Part shown: piece after piece, positions 51,184 through 60,877 of the stretch
How the letters are laid out: each line of letters starts with the position of its first letter
Numbering within the stretch: the stretch's first letter is position 1
IMG/VR virus record: IMGVR_UViG_2934734009_000001
Location: 16,834-80,833 of that record
Length of the DNA stretch: 64,000 nt
Strand: one strand, 5' to 3'
Origin: a virus
Taxonomy: Duplodnaviria > Caudoviricetes
Position numbers and translations under genes: made by a program
The notes under the pieces: generated by a model
The model's database searches: none
Seen by the model: only the letters and a program-made list of their open reading frames with translations
Told to the model about the DNA's origin: nothing

Positions 51184-51417
51184 TCATGCGGTCTGCTTGC
51201 GTGCGCCGGCCCGCCGGAGTTCCCGTTCGCCGAGCCCGCCCCACACCCCGTGGCGCTGCCCGGTGCTGAGCGCGTAGGCCAGGCATTCGGTGCGAACTTC
51301 GCAGGCCAGGCAGGTCTTCTTCGCCTGCCGGCTGCTTCCGCCGCGGTCCGGGAAGTGGGCTTCCGGGTCGGTTTGGGCGCAGAGAGCGGACTCACGCCAC
51401 GACAGGTCGGGGATCAT
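51184..51417 (-). CDS. whiB: WhiB-family transcription factor
   Basis: WRESALCAQTDPEAHFP...CLACEVRTEC...GVWGG. Confidence 0.93.
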   Translation of the reverse strand: MIPDLSWRESALCAQTDPEAHFPDRGGSSRQAKKTCLACEVRTECLAYALSTGQRHGVWGGLGERELRRAGARKQTA

Positions 51418-52256
51418 GCCGCCGCCCCGATGTCCGTCTGGCCGAGGACCCGGTCGATGTACGACCGGTCTTTCCCAAGGCGCTCGGCGGCCTGGGCCCG
51501 CGTGAGGCCAGCAGTCTGGATGAGCCACCGGGTTTCCTCCGCGAGGATCTCCGCCTTGGTGACCTTGTACTCAGGGGTGAAGTGCGGGTCGTCGATCGCG
51601 CCGGGGAACCGCGCCCAGTACTTCGGGGTCGGCCACCTGTTGGCGGCGGCCCGGTTCTTGGTCCGGCTGACAGAGTTCTTCGACACCCCGTTTCGCAGGG
51701 GGTTGCGGCAGCTCAGGTCGTCATAGACGGCGGTGACCGCCTGCATGGTGCTGGCGAGCACGGTCGGCTGGTCCGTGATCTTCCAGGCGTTGCGGGCGCT
51801 GAGCCCCGCACGGCGGATGACCGTTTCCCGGGGCCAGCCGACAGCTGCCAGCGCTTGAACGCGGCGCCGGAGCCCGGTCGGGTCGACCTTCGCCGGGGTG
51901 ATCTCGTTGATGTCGAGGGCCAGCAGGCGTGCGGCAACAACCGGGGTGATGCGGCGCCGCCGCGGCTCCTTGTAGCTGTAGGCGTGCTGGGTGTAGATGC
52001 GGACCTTCTTGTAGTCCATGCCGGCGAGTTCAGCGACGCGGTAGATGCTGATGCCCGCCTCGTGGAGCTTGAGGAGGTGCTGGCGGACTGGTTCGGCGTC
52101 GATGAGCCCGCTCCAGGTTCCGTTCGCCTGGGTGACGCGACGCTCCTGGTTGCGCTGGGTGTACCGCTCGACGCATTCGGGGAGCCGGCACTCGTATTTG
52201 ACGTAGCAGGTGAGGGTGTTGTGGTGCGGGGCTTCCTTGCGGATTGCGGTGGTCAT
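51414..52256 (-). CDS. DNA-binding hypothetical phage protein
   Basis: CRLPEC, DAEPVRQHL, RRRVQALAAVGWP and a C-terminal HTH (AAERLGKDRSYIDR). Confidence 0.75.
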   Translation of the reverse strand: MTTAIRKEAPHHNTLTCYVKYECRLPECVERYTQRNQERRVTQANGTWSGLIDAEPVRQHLLKLHEAGISIYRVAELAGMDYKKVRIYTQHAYSYKEPRRRRITPVVAARLLALDINEITPAKVDPTGLRRRVQALAAVGWPRETVIRRAGLSARNAWKITDQPTVLASTMQAVTAVYDDLSCRNPLRNGVSKNSVSRTKNRAAANRWPTPKYWARFPGAIDDPHFTPEYKVTKAEILAEETRWLIQTAGLTRAQAAERLGKDRSYIDRVLGQTDIGAAA

Positions 52257-52450
52257 CGGCCCTCCCTGGGGGCGTTGTTGGCGGGTGTGGCCCAGATCAG
52301 TTCGCAGTCGTCTGCGGTCTGAAGGTCGGTGCCGGCCTGGTTGTCGGGGGCGGCGGGGATGTTGCGGATGGCGGCGAGCCATTGGTCGGCGGCGCCTTCG
52401 CGTGGGGTGCCGAGCTCGCCGCGCTGACGGTGTTCGCGTCGGGGGTTCAC
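52253..52450 (-). CDS. Small hypothetical protein
   Basis: Coupled to both neighbours. Confidence 0.5.
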   Translation of the reverse strand: MNPRREHRQRGELGTPREGAADQWLAAIRNIPAAPDNQAGTDLQTADDCELIWATPANNAPREGR

Positions 52451-52896
52451 AGCGCCCACCGCCTCGTGGGCACTCCGGCTTTGGCGAGCCGGCGGAGGCA
52501 GTCGGCGGTTCCGGTGGAGTCCCCTACCTGGAAGGCCAGGGCGATGAGCGGGCGGTGGTCGACCATGTTCTGGTTGCGGCGGTGTCCGGCGAGCGGGCAG
52601 AACTCGGTGTCGTCGCGCCGGGTCTTTCGGTGGCCGGGCGGGCAGGTGTCGACGCAGGGGCCTTCCCAGTCGGCTTCGACGGGGAGGTGGCCGACACCGT
52701 GCTCGAAGCGGGCCTTGGCCCAGTCGCCGCACATGCGGTCGGCGCCGGGTGCGGTGCCCTCCATGACCTCGATGCCGGAGTAGCCGTTCTGGCGGGCGTC
52801 GTGCCACACCTCGGTGAGGGCGGTATCGATGGTGGTGCGGTCGGTCCAGGCGCGGGAGCCGAGGCCGAGAACGAGGGCGAGGTAGGGGCCGTTCAT
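52447..52896 (-). CDS. SLOG (YspA/DUF2493-like) protein
   Basis: GSRAWTD...EGTAPGAD...ADW...AGHRRNQNMVD...STGTADC. Confidence 0.8.
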   Translation of the reverse strand: MNGPYLALVLGLGSRAWTDRTTIDTALTEVWHDARQNGYSGIEVMEGTAPGADRMCGDWAKARFEHGVGHLPVEADWEGPCVDTCPPGHRKTRRDDTEFCPLAGHRRNQNMVDHRPLIALAFQVGDSTGTADCLRRLAKAGVPTRRWAL

Positions 52897-53258
52897 GCCG
52901 CACTCCCCCGGGCTCGGGCAGTGCGCTCGGCTGCGACGGCGAGGCCGCGGGGTGACAACTGCCAGACGGAGATGCGGTGCCCGTGGGTGTTGGGCTGCGT
53001 GGAGGGCACCATCTGGCCGGTGTGTTCGATGAGCCCGCCCTGCCGCATCGCGTTGATCGCGGCACCGAGGTAGCCGTGGCCGAGCTCGGGGAGGACTTCG
53101 CGGATGTCGTTGCACGAGAAGGGCCCGCGGCGGCCGAAGGTGAGCACGGCCTGCTCGACAAGGAACTGGGACCAGGTCGACTGGGTGGCTATGTCGGTGA
53201 GGAGGAGGTCCTTCTCGGCGGCGGCATGGCGTTCGGCGACGGACAGGCGGCGGGTCAT
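52893..53258 (-). CDS. wHTH-like hypothetical protein
   Basis: PFSCNDIREVLP...LGAAI...GLIEHTGQMVPST...HGHRISVW. Confidence 0.7.
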   Translation of the reverse strand: MTRRLSVAERHAAAEKDLLLTDIATQSTWSQFLVEQAVLTFGRRGPFSCNDIREVLPELGHGYLGAAINAMRQGGLIEHTGQMVPSTQPNTHGHRISVWQLSPRGLAVAAERTARARGSAA

Positions 53259-54016
53259 GAGGCTTCTCCCAGGTCGTCGAAGGAGAGGGCGGTCTGCGGG
53301 CGGGTTCCGCCCCGGGCTTCCCAGGCCGTGCGGTATCGGTAGACGCCGCCGGAGCACTCTTCGCGTGCGTGGAAGATCGCGGAGTGTTCGGGGAGGTCGG
53401 GGCGCCACAGGTTCGGGCCGGGGAACCGGGTGGACCTCTGGCGGCGGGTGATGTGCTCGCCGCAGCTCATGCAGTGCCCGGCGGGAATCTCCATGAGGAC
53501 TTCAGTGCGGGCCATCTCCCGGTCAGCGTTGGTCTCGGCCTCTTCGTGGCGGCAGGGCGGGAGTTCGCCGCAGGCCCGGCAGATCAGGTAGTGCTCGGGC
53601 AGGATCTGCCACGTGTAGTGGGCGGGCGCTTCGAGGTGCACGGGCTTCGCGGTGGGGTCCTGGTCGGGGACGGCGACGACAACGAAGGGGCGCAAGGACC
53701 ACGTGGCCCGCTCGGGCTTGTCACCGCTAGGGTTCTTCTCCCAAGCGCGGAGGCGCCCGGCGAACATGGCCTCGCGCTCGTCGTCCCAGTCCTGGAGCCG
53801 GTCGATGATCTCGACGATGCGCCACGGTGCCCGCTCGTAGATGAAGATGACACCGGGGGTGAGCTGGACGTATCCGGCGATGGCGAGCTTCTCGTGGACG
53901 CGGTCCTGGTAGCGGCGGGACGCGGTGGAGGACTCGCCGATGCGGTTCCACTTGGTGACGGGCGGGTTGATGCCGCCCTTCTTCGTGGTCTGACGTGGGT
54001 ACCAGCGGGCTGCCAT
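53255..54016 (-). CDS. Zinc-binding hypothetical protein
   Basis: LPEHYLICRACGELPPC; CMSCGE; FHAREEC. Confidence 0.7.
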   Translation of the reverse strand: MAARWYPRQTTKKGGINPPVTKWNRIGESSTASRRYQDRVHEKLAIAGYVQLTPGVIFIYERAPWRIVEIIDRLQDWDDEREAMFAGRLRAWEKNPSGDKPERATWSLRPFVVVAVPDQDPTAKPVHLEAPAHYTWQILPEHYLICRACGELPPCRHEEAETNADREMARTEVLMEIPAGHCMSCGEHITRRQRSTRFPGPNLWRPDLPEHSAIFHAREECSGGVYRYRTAWEARGGTRPQTALSFDDLGEAS

Positions 54017-54096
54017 GACGTGCTTCCTTCCGTGTGCTCTCCTGGTGGGTGGGGCGGCCCGCATTGCCCGCGGGCCGCCCCAAGGTGCGGGCTGGA

Positions 54097-55056
54097 CTAA
54101 GCGGCGGACGCGGCCTTGAGCGCGGTGCCGCGCTCCTTGATGCGGTCGCCGAGGCTGATCGGCTTGCCGGTCTCCGGGTGCAGCAGCGGGGTGGCCAGGG
54201 CGCTGGCGGCTTCGACCTCGCGGTAGAGGGCGAGGAGGCTGTCCGTGGTGGCTTCCGGCGAGTTCGCGGCGTCGATCCAGACGACCGGGTCGATGGGCTT
54301 CGCGCCGTCGCGCAGCCAGTCCAGGTACGGCTTGGCGATGTCGCGGGCGCCGTCGGGCCGGTCGAACTCGCGGCCCCTGAAGGCGGGGCAGCGGGACTTG
54401 ATGAACCGCAGCTGGTTGCTCGCGTCCATCTCGGCGGCCACACCGAACTCGAACTCGATGCCGCGGCGCTGTTCGACCCGGGTGCCCTTGTTCACGGGCC
54501 CGCCCCGCTCCAGGACCCAGTCGGTGTAGGACCGCATCGTCACGACGACGTGCCCCGGGTAGGACATGAGCGCCTCGATCATGCCGTTCTGGATCGGGGT
54601 GCCGTCCTTCCAGCCGGCGAACTTGTTGCCGCCGTACTTCGACTTGGCGTTCTCGACCTGGTCGAGGGTGCCGTCGGCGCCGGACCAGAAGTGGCTGAGG
54701 CTGTCGACCATGACGACCGGGTAGCGGCGTTGTGCTGCGGCGGCGAGGGCCTTCTGGAGGTCGCGGGGGTCGTAGCGGTGCATGGGCAGGGTGTCGAAGC
54801 TGGCGGCGAGGTCGTTGACGTAGAGGGCGGCGGCGCCGCGCTCGGTGTCGATGACGGCGAACCGCTGGCCTTCGGCGAGGCCGCTGGCGACGCAGAGCCC
54901 GGTCCAGGTTTTGCCGGAGCCGGACGGGCCCTGGATGGCGACGCTGGCGTTGTGGCCGTCTTTGGTGGCGGGCCGGAAGGTGAACGGCCCGTCGTCGTAC
55001 TCGTTGGTGGTGTCGGCCTGCGGCCGGCCGACGCTGCTGGGTGCGGGAAGGGTCAT
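54097..55056 (-). CDS. AAA-family ATPase (Sak4-like recombination protein)
   Basis: GPSGSGKT, VIDTERG, VDSLSHFW; adjacent to the RecE-like nuclease. Confidence 0.85.
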   Translation of the reverse strand: MTLPAPSSVGRPQADTTNEYDDGPFTFRPATKDGHNASVAIQGPSGSGKTWTGLCVASGLAEGQRFAVIDTERGAAALYVNDLAASFDTLPMHRYDPRDLQKALAAAAQRRYPVVMVDSLSHFWSGADGTLDQVENAKSKYGGNKFAGWKDGTPIQNGMIEALMSYPGHVVVTMRSYTDWVLERGGPVNKGTRVEQRRGIEFEFGVAAEMDASNQLRFIKSRCPAFRGREFDRPDGARDIAKPYLDWLRDGAKPIDPVVWIDAANSPEATTDSLLALYREVEAASALATPLLHPETGKPISLGDRIKERGTALKAASAA

Positions 55057-55065
55057 GGCGGGCTC

Positions 55066-55893
55066 CTAGGCGTACTGGCGGTCGAGCCAGGCGGGCGGCG
55101 AGATGTAGGCGGTGTCGGTGGTGTAGCCGGGCCAGTGGCCGGTGGTGCGGCAGGAGTCGTAGAGGAACAGGGCCTGCTCACTGACCTGGTGGCCGATGTG
55201 CCGCCACAGGTCGAGGCGGGCCACCGTCACCAGGTACGGCGGTTCCTTCTCCTGGAAGATGAAGTGGAACGGGGCGTCCTGCGGCAGGACTCCGAGGGCC
55301 GCGGCGCCACGCCGGTACCAGTCGTCCTGGACGTGGTATCCGTGCTCGGCGACGGCCTTCTGGATGGCATCGGGGTGGGCGGAGCGGGCCGTCTTGTAGT
55401 CGACGATTCCGTCTTCGCGGAGCCAGTCGATACGGCTGCGGCACCACACGTTGCCGGTCTGCCAGAACATGGACTGCTCGGCGATGCCGCTGTCGGGGTG
55501 GAGCAGGTCAGCGGCCTCGGGGTCCTCGCTGAGGGCAGTGGCCATGTCGTGGACGCGCTGCAGGTCGGGCTTCTTGAGCGGGATGTTCCCGGCCTCGCGG
55601 ATCTCGACGATGCGGGCCTTGATCTCGTTGGTGTCCCACCGGGCCGCGTCGACGAGGACCAGTTCAGGGCCGTCTCCGAGAACCAGCTTGTGAGCCGCGG
55701 TGCCGAAGTCAAAGACCTTCTTGTACGGCTCCGGGTGGTCCAGGTCGTAACGGAACTTCGCCGGCGCTTTGACGAGGGTGCGGGCACCGGTCGACGAGAG
55801 GCTGCCGCCGGGGATCGGGTCGCCGTGGTACATCTCGGCGGGGATGTCGTAGACCCCGGGGATGACCTCGGTCTCCTCGACGGTGGCGGTCAC
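55066..55893 (-). CDS. RecE/exonuclease VIII-like PD-(D/E)XK nuclease
   Basis: YHGDP...LSSTGA...GTAAH...EQS...CRSRIDW...VDYKT...YHVQ...F..QEKEPPY. Confidence 0.88.
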   Translation of the reverse strand: MTATVEETEVIPGVYDIPAEMYHGDPIPGGSLSSTGARTLVKAPAKFRYDLDHPEPYKKVFDFGTAAHKLVLGDGPELVLVDAARWDTNEIKARIVEIREAGNIPLKKPDLQRVHDMATALSEDPEAADLLHPDSGIAEQSMFWQTGNVWCRSRIDWLREDGIVDYKTARSAHPDAIQKAVAEHGYHVQDDWYRRGAAALGVLPQDAPFHFIFQEKEPPYLVTVARLDLWRHIGHQVSEQALFLYDSCRTTGHWPGYTTDTAYISPPAWLDRQYA

Positions 55894-56000
55894 CGGGTGC
55901 CGTCCTGTTCGTCGAGGCAGTCTTCGCAGACCGGGCCTTCGGGCTTGCGGGCGAACGGGCCTGCGGTGCCCTGGCAGCGGGCGCATTCGATGGGGCTCAT
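55890..56000 (-). CDS. Zinc-ribbon microprotein
   Basis: MSPIECARCQGTAGPF...CEDC; GGAGA RBS; stop overlaps the recE start. Confidence 0.5.
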   Translation of the reverse strand: MSPIECARCQGTAGPFARKPEGPVCEDCLDEQDGTR

Positions 56001-56236
56001 GTCGTTCTCCGGTTGGGCGGGGTCTGCGGGGCTTCGTCGGCGCAGGTTTCGCAGAGGGGTCTGCGGGAGCGGCCGATGAACGGGCCTTTGGTGTCGCCGC
56101 ATCGGCGGCAGTGAACGTCGGGGTTCGGAGGGCGCGGCATGTGGTTCTCCAGTTCGGGGTTGCTGCGGGCCGCCTGGGGATGGGCGGCCCGCAGCGGGCA
56201 GACGGAGCCGGGCTCAGACGCCTGCCGGTCGGTGGG

Positions 56237-57247
56237 TCAGGTGGAGGGCTGCTCGGCGGCGGCCTTCTCCGCGAGCTTCTTGAGGTGCGCCTCGTAGTCG
56301 GCCGCCCACTTCTTCGGGTCGTGACCGGCGGCCTCCGCCTCGTCCCAGGCCCACTCGCCGATCTCGCCGGACTCCAGCTGCTCGGAGAGGTCGCGCACGG
56401 TCTGCTCAGCGAGGTCCGGGTCGGCCTTCTTCAGCGCCTGCAGCAGCCGGTACGCGGACCAGGCGTAGACGCCGGAGTGGACCCAGGCGTTGAAGGCGCC
56501 GCGCCCCTTCACGGTGTCCATGTCCGTGCCGAACATCTCCCCGGTTGAGCGCAGGGTCTGCCGGAGCATCTCCTCGGCCATCTCGGCGACGGCGCCCGGC
56601 TGCGGGAGCGGCGCGACAGGCTCGGCGTGCTCGCCCTTCTTCTTGGCGAGGCTGCCGATCCACTCGCCGATGACCTCGGCCCGGTCCTTGTTGTCGCCGC
56701 TGTACCGGCACGGCATCTGCAGGCCGAGGAACTCCTCACCGATGAGGAGGAGCGGCTTCTCGGCGCCCGTCTGCCACACCCGGAGATGGGTGTCGGCGTG
56801 CTTCCAGCGGCCGAGCATGTCGGTGTCGACGGAGACGAGATCACCCGACGCGGAGGCGTCATGCAAGGCGTCGCGGAACAGGTTCTGCCACTTCGGGAAG
56901 GTCGTCTCGGTGACGGGGACGGTGAGCTTGCCGTCGTCGTCGGTGATGGTCAGCCCGTCGACCGTGACCGCGAGGTTGAGGATCGTGTCGCCCTTGTGCG
57001 TCTCCAGCCACGGGGTGAGCCAGCCGAGGGTCTTCTCGCTGATGGTGACGGACCAGGTGTCGGTCTCCTCGCGAACCTTGGTGCGGGCCACGGCGAAGGT
57101 GTAGCGGTCGGTGGCGAGGGCGTGGATGTGGACGCCGTCGCACTCGAAGCGGATGCCGTTGATGGGCGGGAGGGTGTCGTCGGGGCTGATGTGGGCGCTG
57201 GTCTGCTTGATGAGCCGCTGGAGCTTGTGGGCGTTGATGGTCGTCAT
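56237..57247 (-). CDS. DNA polymerase III beta-clamp-like protein with extra C-terminal domain
   Basis: PPINGIRFE...ALATDRYTFA...FPKWQNLF...FLGLQMP. Confidence 0.75.
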   Translation of the reverse strand: MTTINAHKLQRLIKQTSAHISPDDTLPPINGIRFECDGVHIHALATDRYTFAVARTKVREETDTWSVTISEKTLGWLTPWLETHKGDTILNLAVTVDGLTITDDDGKLTVPVTETTFPKWQNLFRDALHDASASGDLVSVDTDMLGRWKHADTHLRVWQTGAEKPLLLIGEEFLGLQMPCRYSGDNKDRAEVIGEWIGSLAKKKGEHAEPVAPLPQPGAVAEMAEEMLRQTLRSTGEMFGTDMDTVKGRGAFNAWVHSGVYAWSAYRLLQALKKADPDLAEQTVRDLSEQLESGEIGEWAWDEAEAAGHDPKKWAADYEAHLKKLAEKAAAEQPST

Positions 57248-57322
57248 GGCGTCCTTCTCTGGGATGCTGGTGGTGGACGCCCCTGCCGAATTCGCCTCGG
57301 CGGGGGCGCAAGCTCTGAGGGG

Positions 57323-58069
57323 TCAAGGGGTGTCAGGTACGTCGCCGGCTGGCACACGGGGCGATCGGACCGGGGTGCGCCTGGCGGCCCAATGGGCACG
57401 CTCCGCCGCCTTGCAGGGCTCGCAGCGACACCCGCCCCGTGTGTAGGTGCTGCGCTTGCCGTGCGTCATTCCCGGCGTTAGAGCCTTCTCCGGTCGAGAC
57501 TTGGACCAGATCCGCTGGCAGGCCCGGCAGGCTCGTCCACCGTTCGCCAGTACCCGGGTGTTCTGCGGGGTGTACTCATGTCCCCGACGGCACCGACTCT
57601 TGGCCCGATTGCCGGCCGCCACGGTTCGCCCCCTTAGGACGTTGTCCCGAGGGGTGGCAAGCCTGAGGTGCTCGGGGTTGACGCAGCGTCGATGAGCGCA
57701 TCTCGGTCCAGCCATGCACTTCAGGTCCAAGTTGTGGCACTCGTGATCAACTTGGAGCCCAGGAGGTATCGAGCCGCAGTGGTACGTGTACGACATTCGG
57801 TGGGTTGAGGATGTCTTCCCGTTGTCGTCGGTGATCCGCCCATACCCCTGAGGGTCCAGCTGGCCTGAGTACAGCCAGCACCCGTTGGGCGCCTTCTCGA
57901 CCCTGGAAAGTAGCCGCTCGATCGCGGGACGGGGCTGACGCCCAGCACCCAGGGGGGTGAATTCACCGTCCTGCTTCAGGGCTTTGACGAGGCGGCGGTA
58001 GCAATTGCCGCAACGTCCTCGTCTGCGCTTCTGAACTTCCTCATCACACTCGGCGCATCGCATGGCCAT
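57323..58069 (-). CDS. HNH homing endonuclease
   Basis: GCWLYSG...GYG...HRMSY...VDHECHN...CVNPEHL...N; CRRGHEY...RACRAC; lower GC than neighbours. Confidence 0.88.
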   Translation of the reverse strand: MAMRCAECDEEVQKRRRGRCGNCYRRLVKALKQDGEFTPLGAGRQPRPAIERLLSRVEKAPNGCWLYSGQLDPQGYGRITDDNGKTSSTHRMSYTYHCGSIPPGLQVDHECHNLDLKCMAGPRCAHRRCVNPEHLRLATPRDNVLRGRTVAAGNRAKSRCRRGHEYTPQNTRVLANGGRACRACQRIWSKSRPEKALTPGMTHGKRSTYTRGGCRCEPCKAAERAHWAARRTPVRSPRVPAGDVPDTP

Positions 58070-58144
58070 CGTCCACTCCCTTCTCGTTGTTGGGACCTGG
58101 TGCGCCGGGCCGGGGGCCGGTGGCATCCGCCGGCCCGGCGGGTT

Positions 58145-58639
58145 TCAGGCGGCCGGTGCCGGGATGTGCGTCGGGTCTGCGGCCTGCGGGGAGTGCTGCA
58201 GCGACACGACCGGGCCGGCGGCGAACCGGGCACGGAGGTCGCGGACGTCGATCGGGGCGGTCGCCTGGTCCTCGAACCGGCTGGTGTCGCGCTCGGCGGG
58301 CGGGACGGTGACCGCGTTGGCGTTGGCATCCGCCGCGAGGTACGGGGCGAGCTGGGCGCGGAGCTGGCTCGCCTCTGTGAGGGCCTGGTCGCGCTCCTCA
58401 GTCCGCTCGTCCAGGTCGGCGGCGAGGCACACCACGACCTGCTCGGCCTCCGCCCGCTTGGCTCGGACGTCGGCCAGGTCGGCTTCGAGGATCGCGATGG
58501 TGTCGGCCGCCCCGATCAGCTGGCCGAACGCGCTGGCCGTCTGTGCCTGCTGATCTTTCAGCTGCTGCTTCAGCTCGGCCACCTTGTCGGCGGCGCGGTG
58601 CTTTGGCTTGGTTCGGGATATGGCGGACATGAGGCTCAT
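58145..58639 (-). CDS. Coiled-coil hypothetical protein
   Basis: KHRAADKVAELK...; coupled start. Confidence 0.65.
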   Translation of the reverse strand: MSLMSAISRTKPKHRAADKVAELKQQLKDQQAQTASAFGQLIGAADTIAILEADLADVRAKRAEAEQVVVCLAADLDERTEERDQALTEASQLRAQLAPYLAADANANAVTVPPAERDTSRFEDQATAPIDVRDLRARFAAGPVVSLQHSPQAADPTHIPAPAA

Positions 58640-58724
58640 GACTTGCCCTTCCGGGTCCAGAGGCTGGGGGCCACCGCCATCAGGCAGAACACGACGTCGA
58701 TGACGGTGGCGGTGATCAGGTAGG

Positions 58725-59015
58725 TCATCCGGCGGTCGGCCGGTGTCCGCAGCAGCCGAGGAAGCACGGCTTGGCCTGCTCGTCCCACTGCTGCGGGGTG
58801 AGGAGGAGGTGCTGCATGCCGTGCTTGTCGTCCGACGCCCGCTGCCGCTTCGTCGTAGACCACTCGCGCTGGGCCTGCTGCGGGGTGGCGATCAGGTCGT
58901 CGCCGAGGTCCGGGCGAACCGAACCGACCGCGCAACCAGCCGAGTTGGCCCGCACCCAGAAGCAGTCCGCGAGCGGCACGGTCTCGCCGTCGATCTGCAC
59001 CATCAGGTCAGTCAC
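58725..59015 (-). CDS. Hypothetical protein
   Basis: VQIDGETVPLADCFWV...CFLGCC. Confidence 0.6.
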   Translation of the reverse strand: MTDLMVQIDGETVPLADCFWVRANSAGCAVGSVRPDLGDDLIATPQQAQREWSTTKRQRASDDKHGMQHLLLTPQQWDEQAKPCFLGCCGHRPTAG

Positions 59016-59397
59016 GGCGCTCCCCCTTGATCGTGGTGAGGAACGCCCGCCACCCGTAGTGCAGCGGGGCGGCCGGCAGGTGGTGGGCGGTTAGGGCCGG
59101 TGCGACAGCGGCGACGATGTGGTTCTCGACGTACCCGGCGGCGACGGTTGCCGCATAGTCCGGGTCGACCGCTGCCCGGTACTGGGCGGCCGACGGTCGA
59201 CGGCTGATCGGGATCAGCGGCCCGTGGTCGCGGTACACGTCCGGGAGCGGTACCGGGGACTCCGGCAGGCCCGGGGAGACGAGGAGCGGTTCCCCGGCCG
59301 GAGTCCACTGGCCGTGCCATTCCCACTCGACTCCGAGCACGTCGACGAAGCTGCGGGTCAGGTCGAAGATGATGTTGTCGTGCAGGTAGGTGTTCAT
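59008..59397 (-). CDS. Hypothetical Streptomyces phage protein
   Basis: DLTRSFVDVLGVEWEW...GEPL...LPDVYRDHGPL. Confidence 0.65.
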   Translation of the reverse strand: MNTYLHDNIIFDLTRSFVDVLGVEWEWHGQWTPAGEPLLVSPGLPESPVPLPDVYRDHGPLIPISRRPSAAQYRAAVDPDYAATVAAGYVENHIVAAVAPALTAHHLPAAPLHYGWRAFLTTIKGERRD

Positions 59398-59663
59398 GCC
59401 GCCACCGGCCTCCGCTGGAAGGGGACGCTGATGCTGCGCACCCCGTCCTCGGCCGCGACCTGATCGGCGACGTCGGCCGCCCGGTAGCGGTCCCGCTGGT
59501 GGTCGGCCAGGTCTGCGGCGACCTCGGCGAGCCGGTCCAGCTGGTCGAGGGACGCGTCGGTTACATCGATCCGCAGGTTGGATCCGAGACGGAGGACTGT
59601 GCGGCCGTCGACGGTTTCCAGGGAGATCGGGCGGTCGCCCCACGACAGAGTGATGGTGGTCAT
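59394..59663 (-). CDS. Hypothetical protein
   Basis: Coupled start and stop. Confidence 0.6.
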   Translation of the reverse strand: MTTITLSWGDRPISLETVDGRTVLRLGSNLRIDVTDASLDQLDRLAEVAADLADHQRDRYRAADVADQVAAEDGVRSISVPFQRRPVAA

Positions 59664-59869
59664 CGGGTCCCCCTGCGGGTGGTGGTGTGGTGGTGGAGGT
59701 CGACGAACGCCGGGACGGTGGCGTCCGGGTCCGCGTCGTATAGGAGGTGCCGGTTCTCGGCGGTGGCCTCGGCAAGGCTGCGGGCAGCGTTCGCAGCAGC
59801 GATCTCATCCACCGCGGCGATCAGCACGTCGAGCGGGACGTCTACGCGCTCCATGTCGGCGGCAGTCAC
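59660..59869 (-). CDS. Hypothetical protein
   Basis: GTG overlaps the upstream stop. Confidence 0.5.
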   Translation of the reverse strand: MTAADMERVDVPLDVLIAAVDEIAAANAARSLAEATAENRHLLYDADPDATVPAFVDLHHHTTTRRGTR

Positions 59870-60411
59870 GACGTCACCTCGATCGGGTCCAGGTGCGTGA
59901 GCTTGATGTAGCTGGAGTGGTTCTCGACCAGCGCGACAGGCGTGTGGCCGTGGGCCGTCCATGCCCGGCTCGTCGTCCAGGTCACGAACCCGTCCTCGCC
60001 GTGCACCCCCGGGTACGCCATCACCCGCGTACCAACCGGGTACTTGGCGTTCCACTCGGCAGCCGTCAGCTCACCCGTCGGCTCCTGCGTCGGACGGACC
60101 GAGTGCTTGCCGCCGTAGTGGCGGACGATCGTGTTGCCGAACTTCGCGACCACCCGGCTCTCGCCCTGCCCGATCCGGAGACCGGTGACGATGTTCTCGC
60201 CGTCGACGAACTCCCAGAACTGCTTCGCGAAGACACCGGCGTTGTCGAGCCAGGTGTCGACGCTGTACAGGTTCGACGGGGTCAGGACCCAGCAGCGGAC
60301 GCAGGTCTTGTCGTCGCAGTCGTCGGCGTGCATCTCGGGGATGTACGGGGCGGCGGCCAGCGCTGCCAGGTGCTCGGTGGTCTCCCGGTCGATGCGGGCG
60401 GCGGCGCTCAC
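59866..60411 (-). CDS. Hypothetical phage protein
   Basis: WNAKYPVGTRVMAYPG...TTSRAW motif. Confidence 0.65.
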   Translation of the reverse strand: MSAAARIDRETTEHLAALAAAPYIPEMHADDCDDKTCVRCWVLTPSNLYSVDTWLDNAGVFAKQFWEFVDGENIVTGLRIGQGESRVVAKFGNTIVRHYGGKHSVRPTQEPTGELTAAEWNAKYPVGTRVMAYPGVHGEDGFVTWTTSRAWTAHGHTPVALVENHSSYIKLTHLDPIEVTS

Positions 60412-60791
60412 AGGGCACCTGCCTCACGCTGCGACGGGGCAGAGGCCGCCTTGCGGAGGAGCTGCTTGGCCGTGGACTGGCTGGCAGCGAGCTGCTGCTC
60501 CAACTCGGCGATCCGGGCCCGCAGCGCGTCGACCTCGGCCGCCGGTGTGACCAGCTCGAAGGCGTTCGCCCACGGGTTGTTCCCGGACGAGTGCTCCCCG
60601 ATGACCTCCTCCGGAGCGACCGCGAGAGCGAACCGGTCGAGCGCGTCGTGGTGTGCGTCCCGCTCGGTCATCACCTCGTCGAGGGTCTTGTCGAGCTGGT
60701 CGTACTGGGTGCGCAGGCGTTCGAGCTCGGGGGTCAGGTTCGTCGTGGGGTTCGTGTCACCCGCAGCAGCAGGTGTGGGATTCTGGGGCAC
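60408..60791 (-). CDS. Coiled-coil hypothetical protein
   Basis: IGEHSSGNNPWANA; LRARIAELE. Confidence 0.65.
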   Translation of the reverse strand: MPQNPTPAAAGDTNPTTNLTPELERLRTQYDQLDKTLDEVMTERDAHHDALDRFALAVAPEEVIGEHSSGNNPWANAFELVTPAAEVDALRARIAELEQQLAASQSTAKQLLRKAASAPSQREAGAL

Positions 60792-60877
60792 GGGGCCCGC
60801 CTTTCGTCATGAACGGTGAGGGTGGGTCTCAGAGGTCGCCTCGGGGCTGGCGTTTCGGGGCGGCCTCACTTGCTGCG

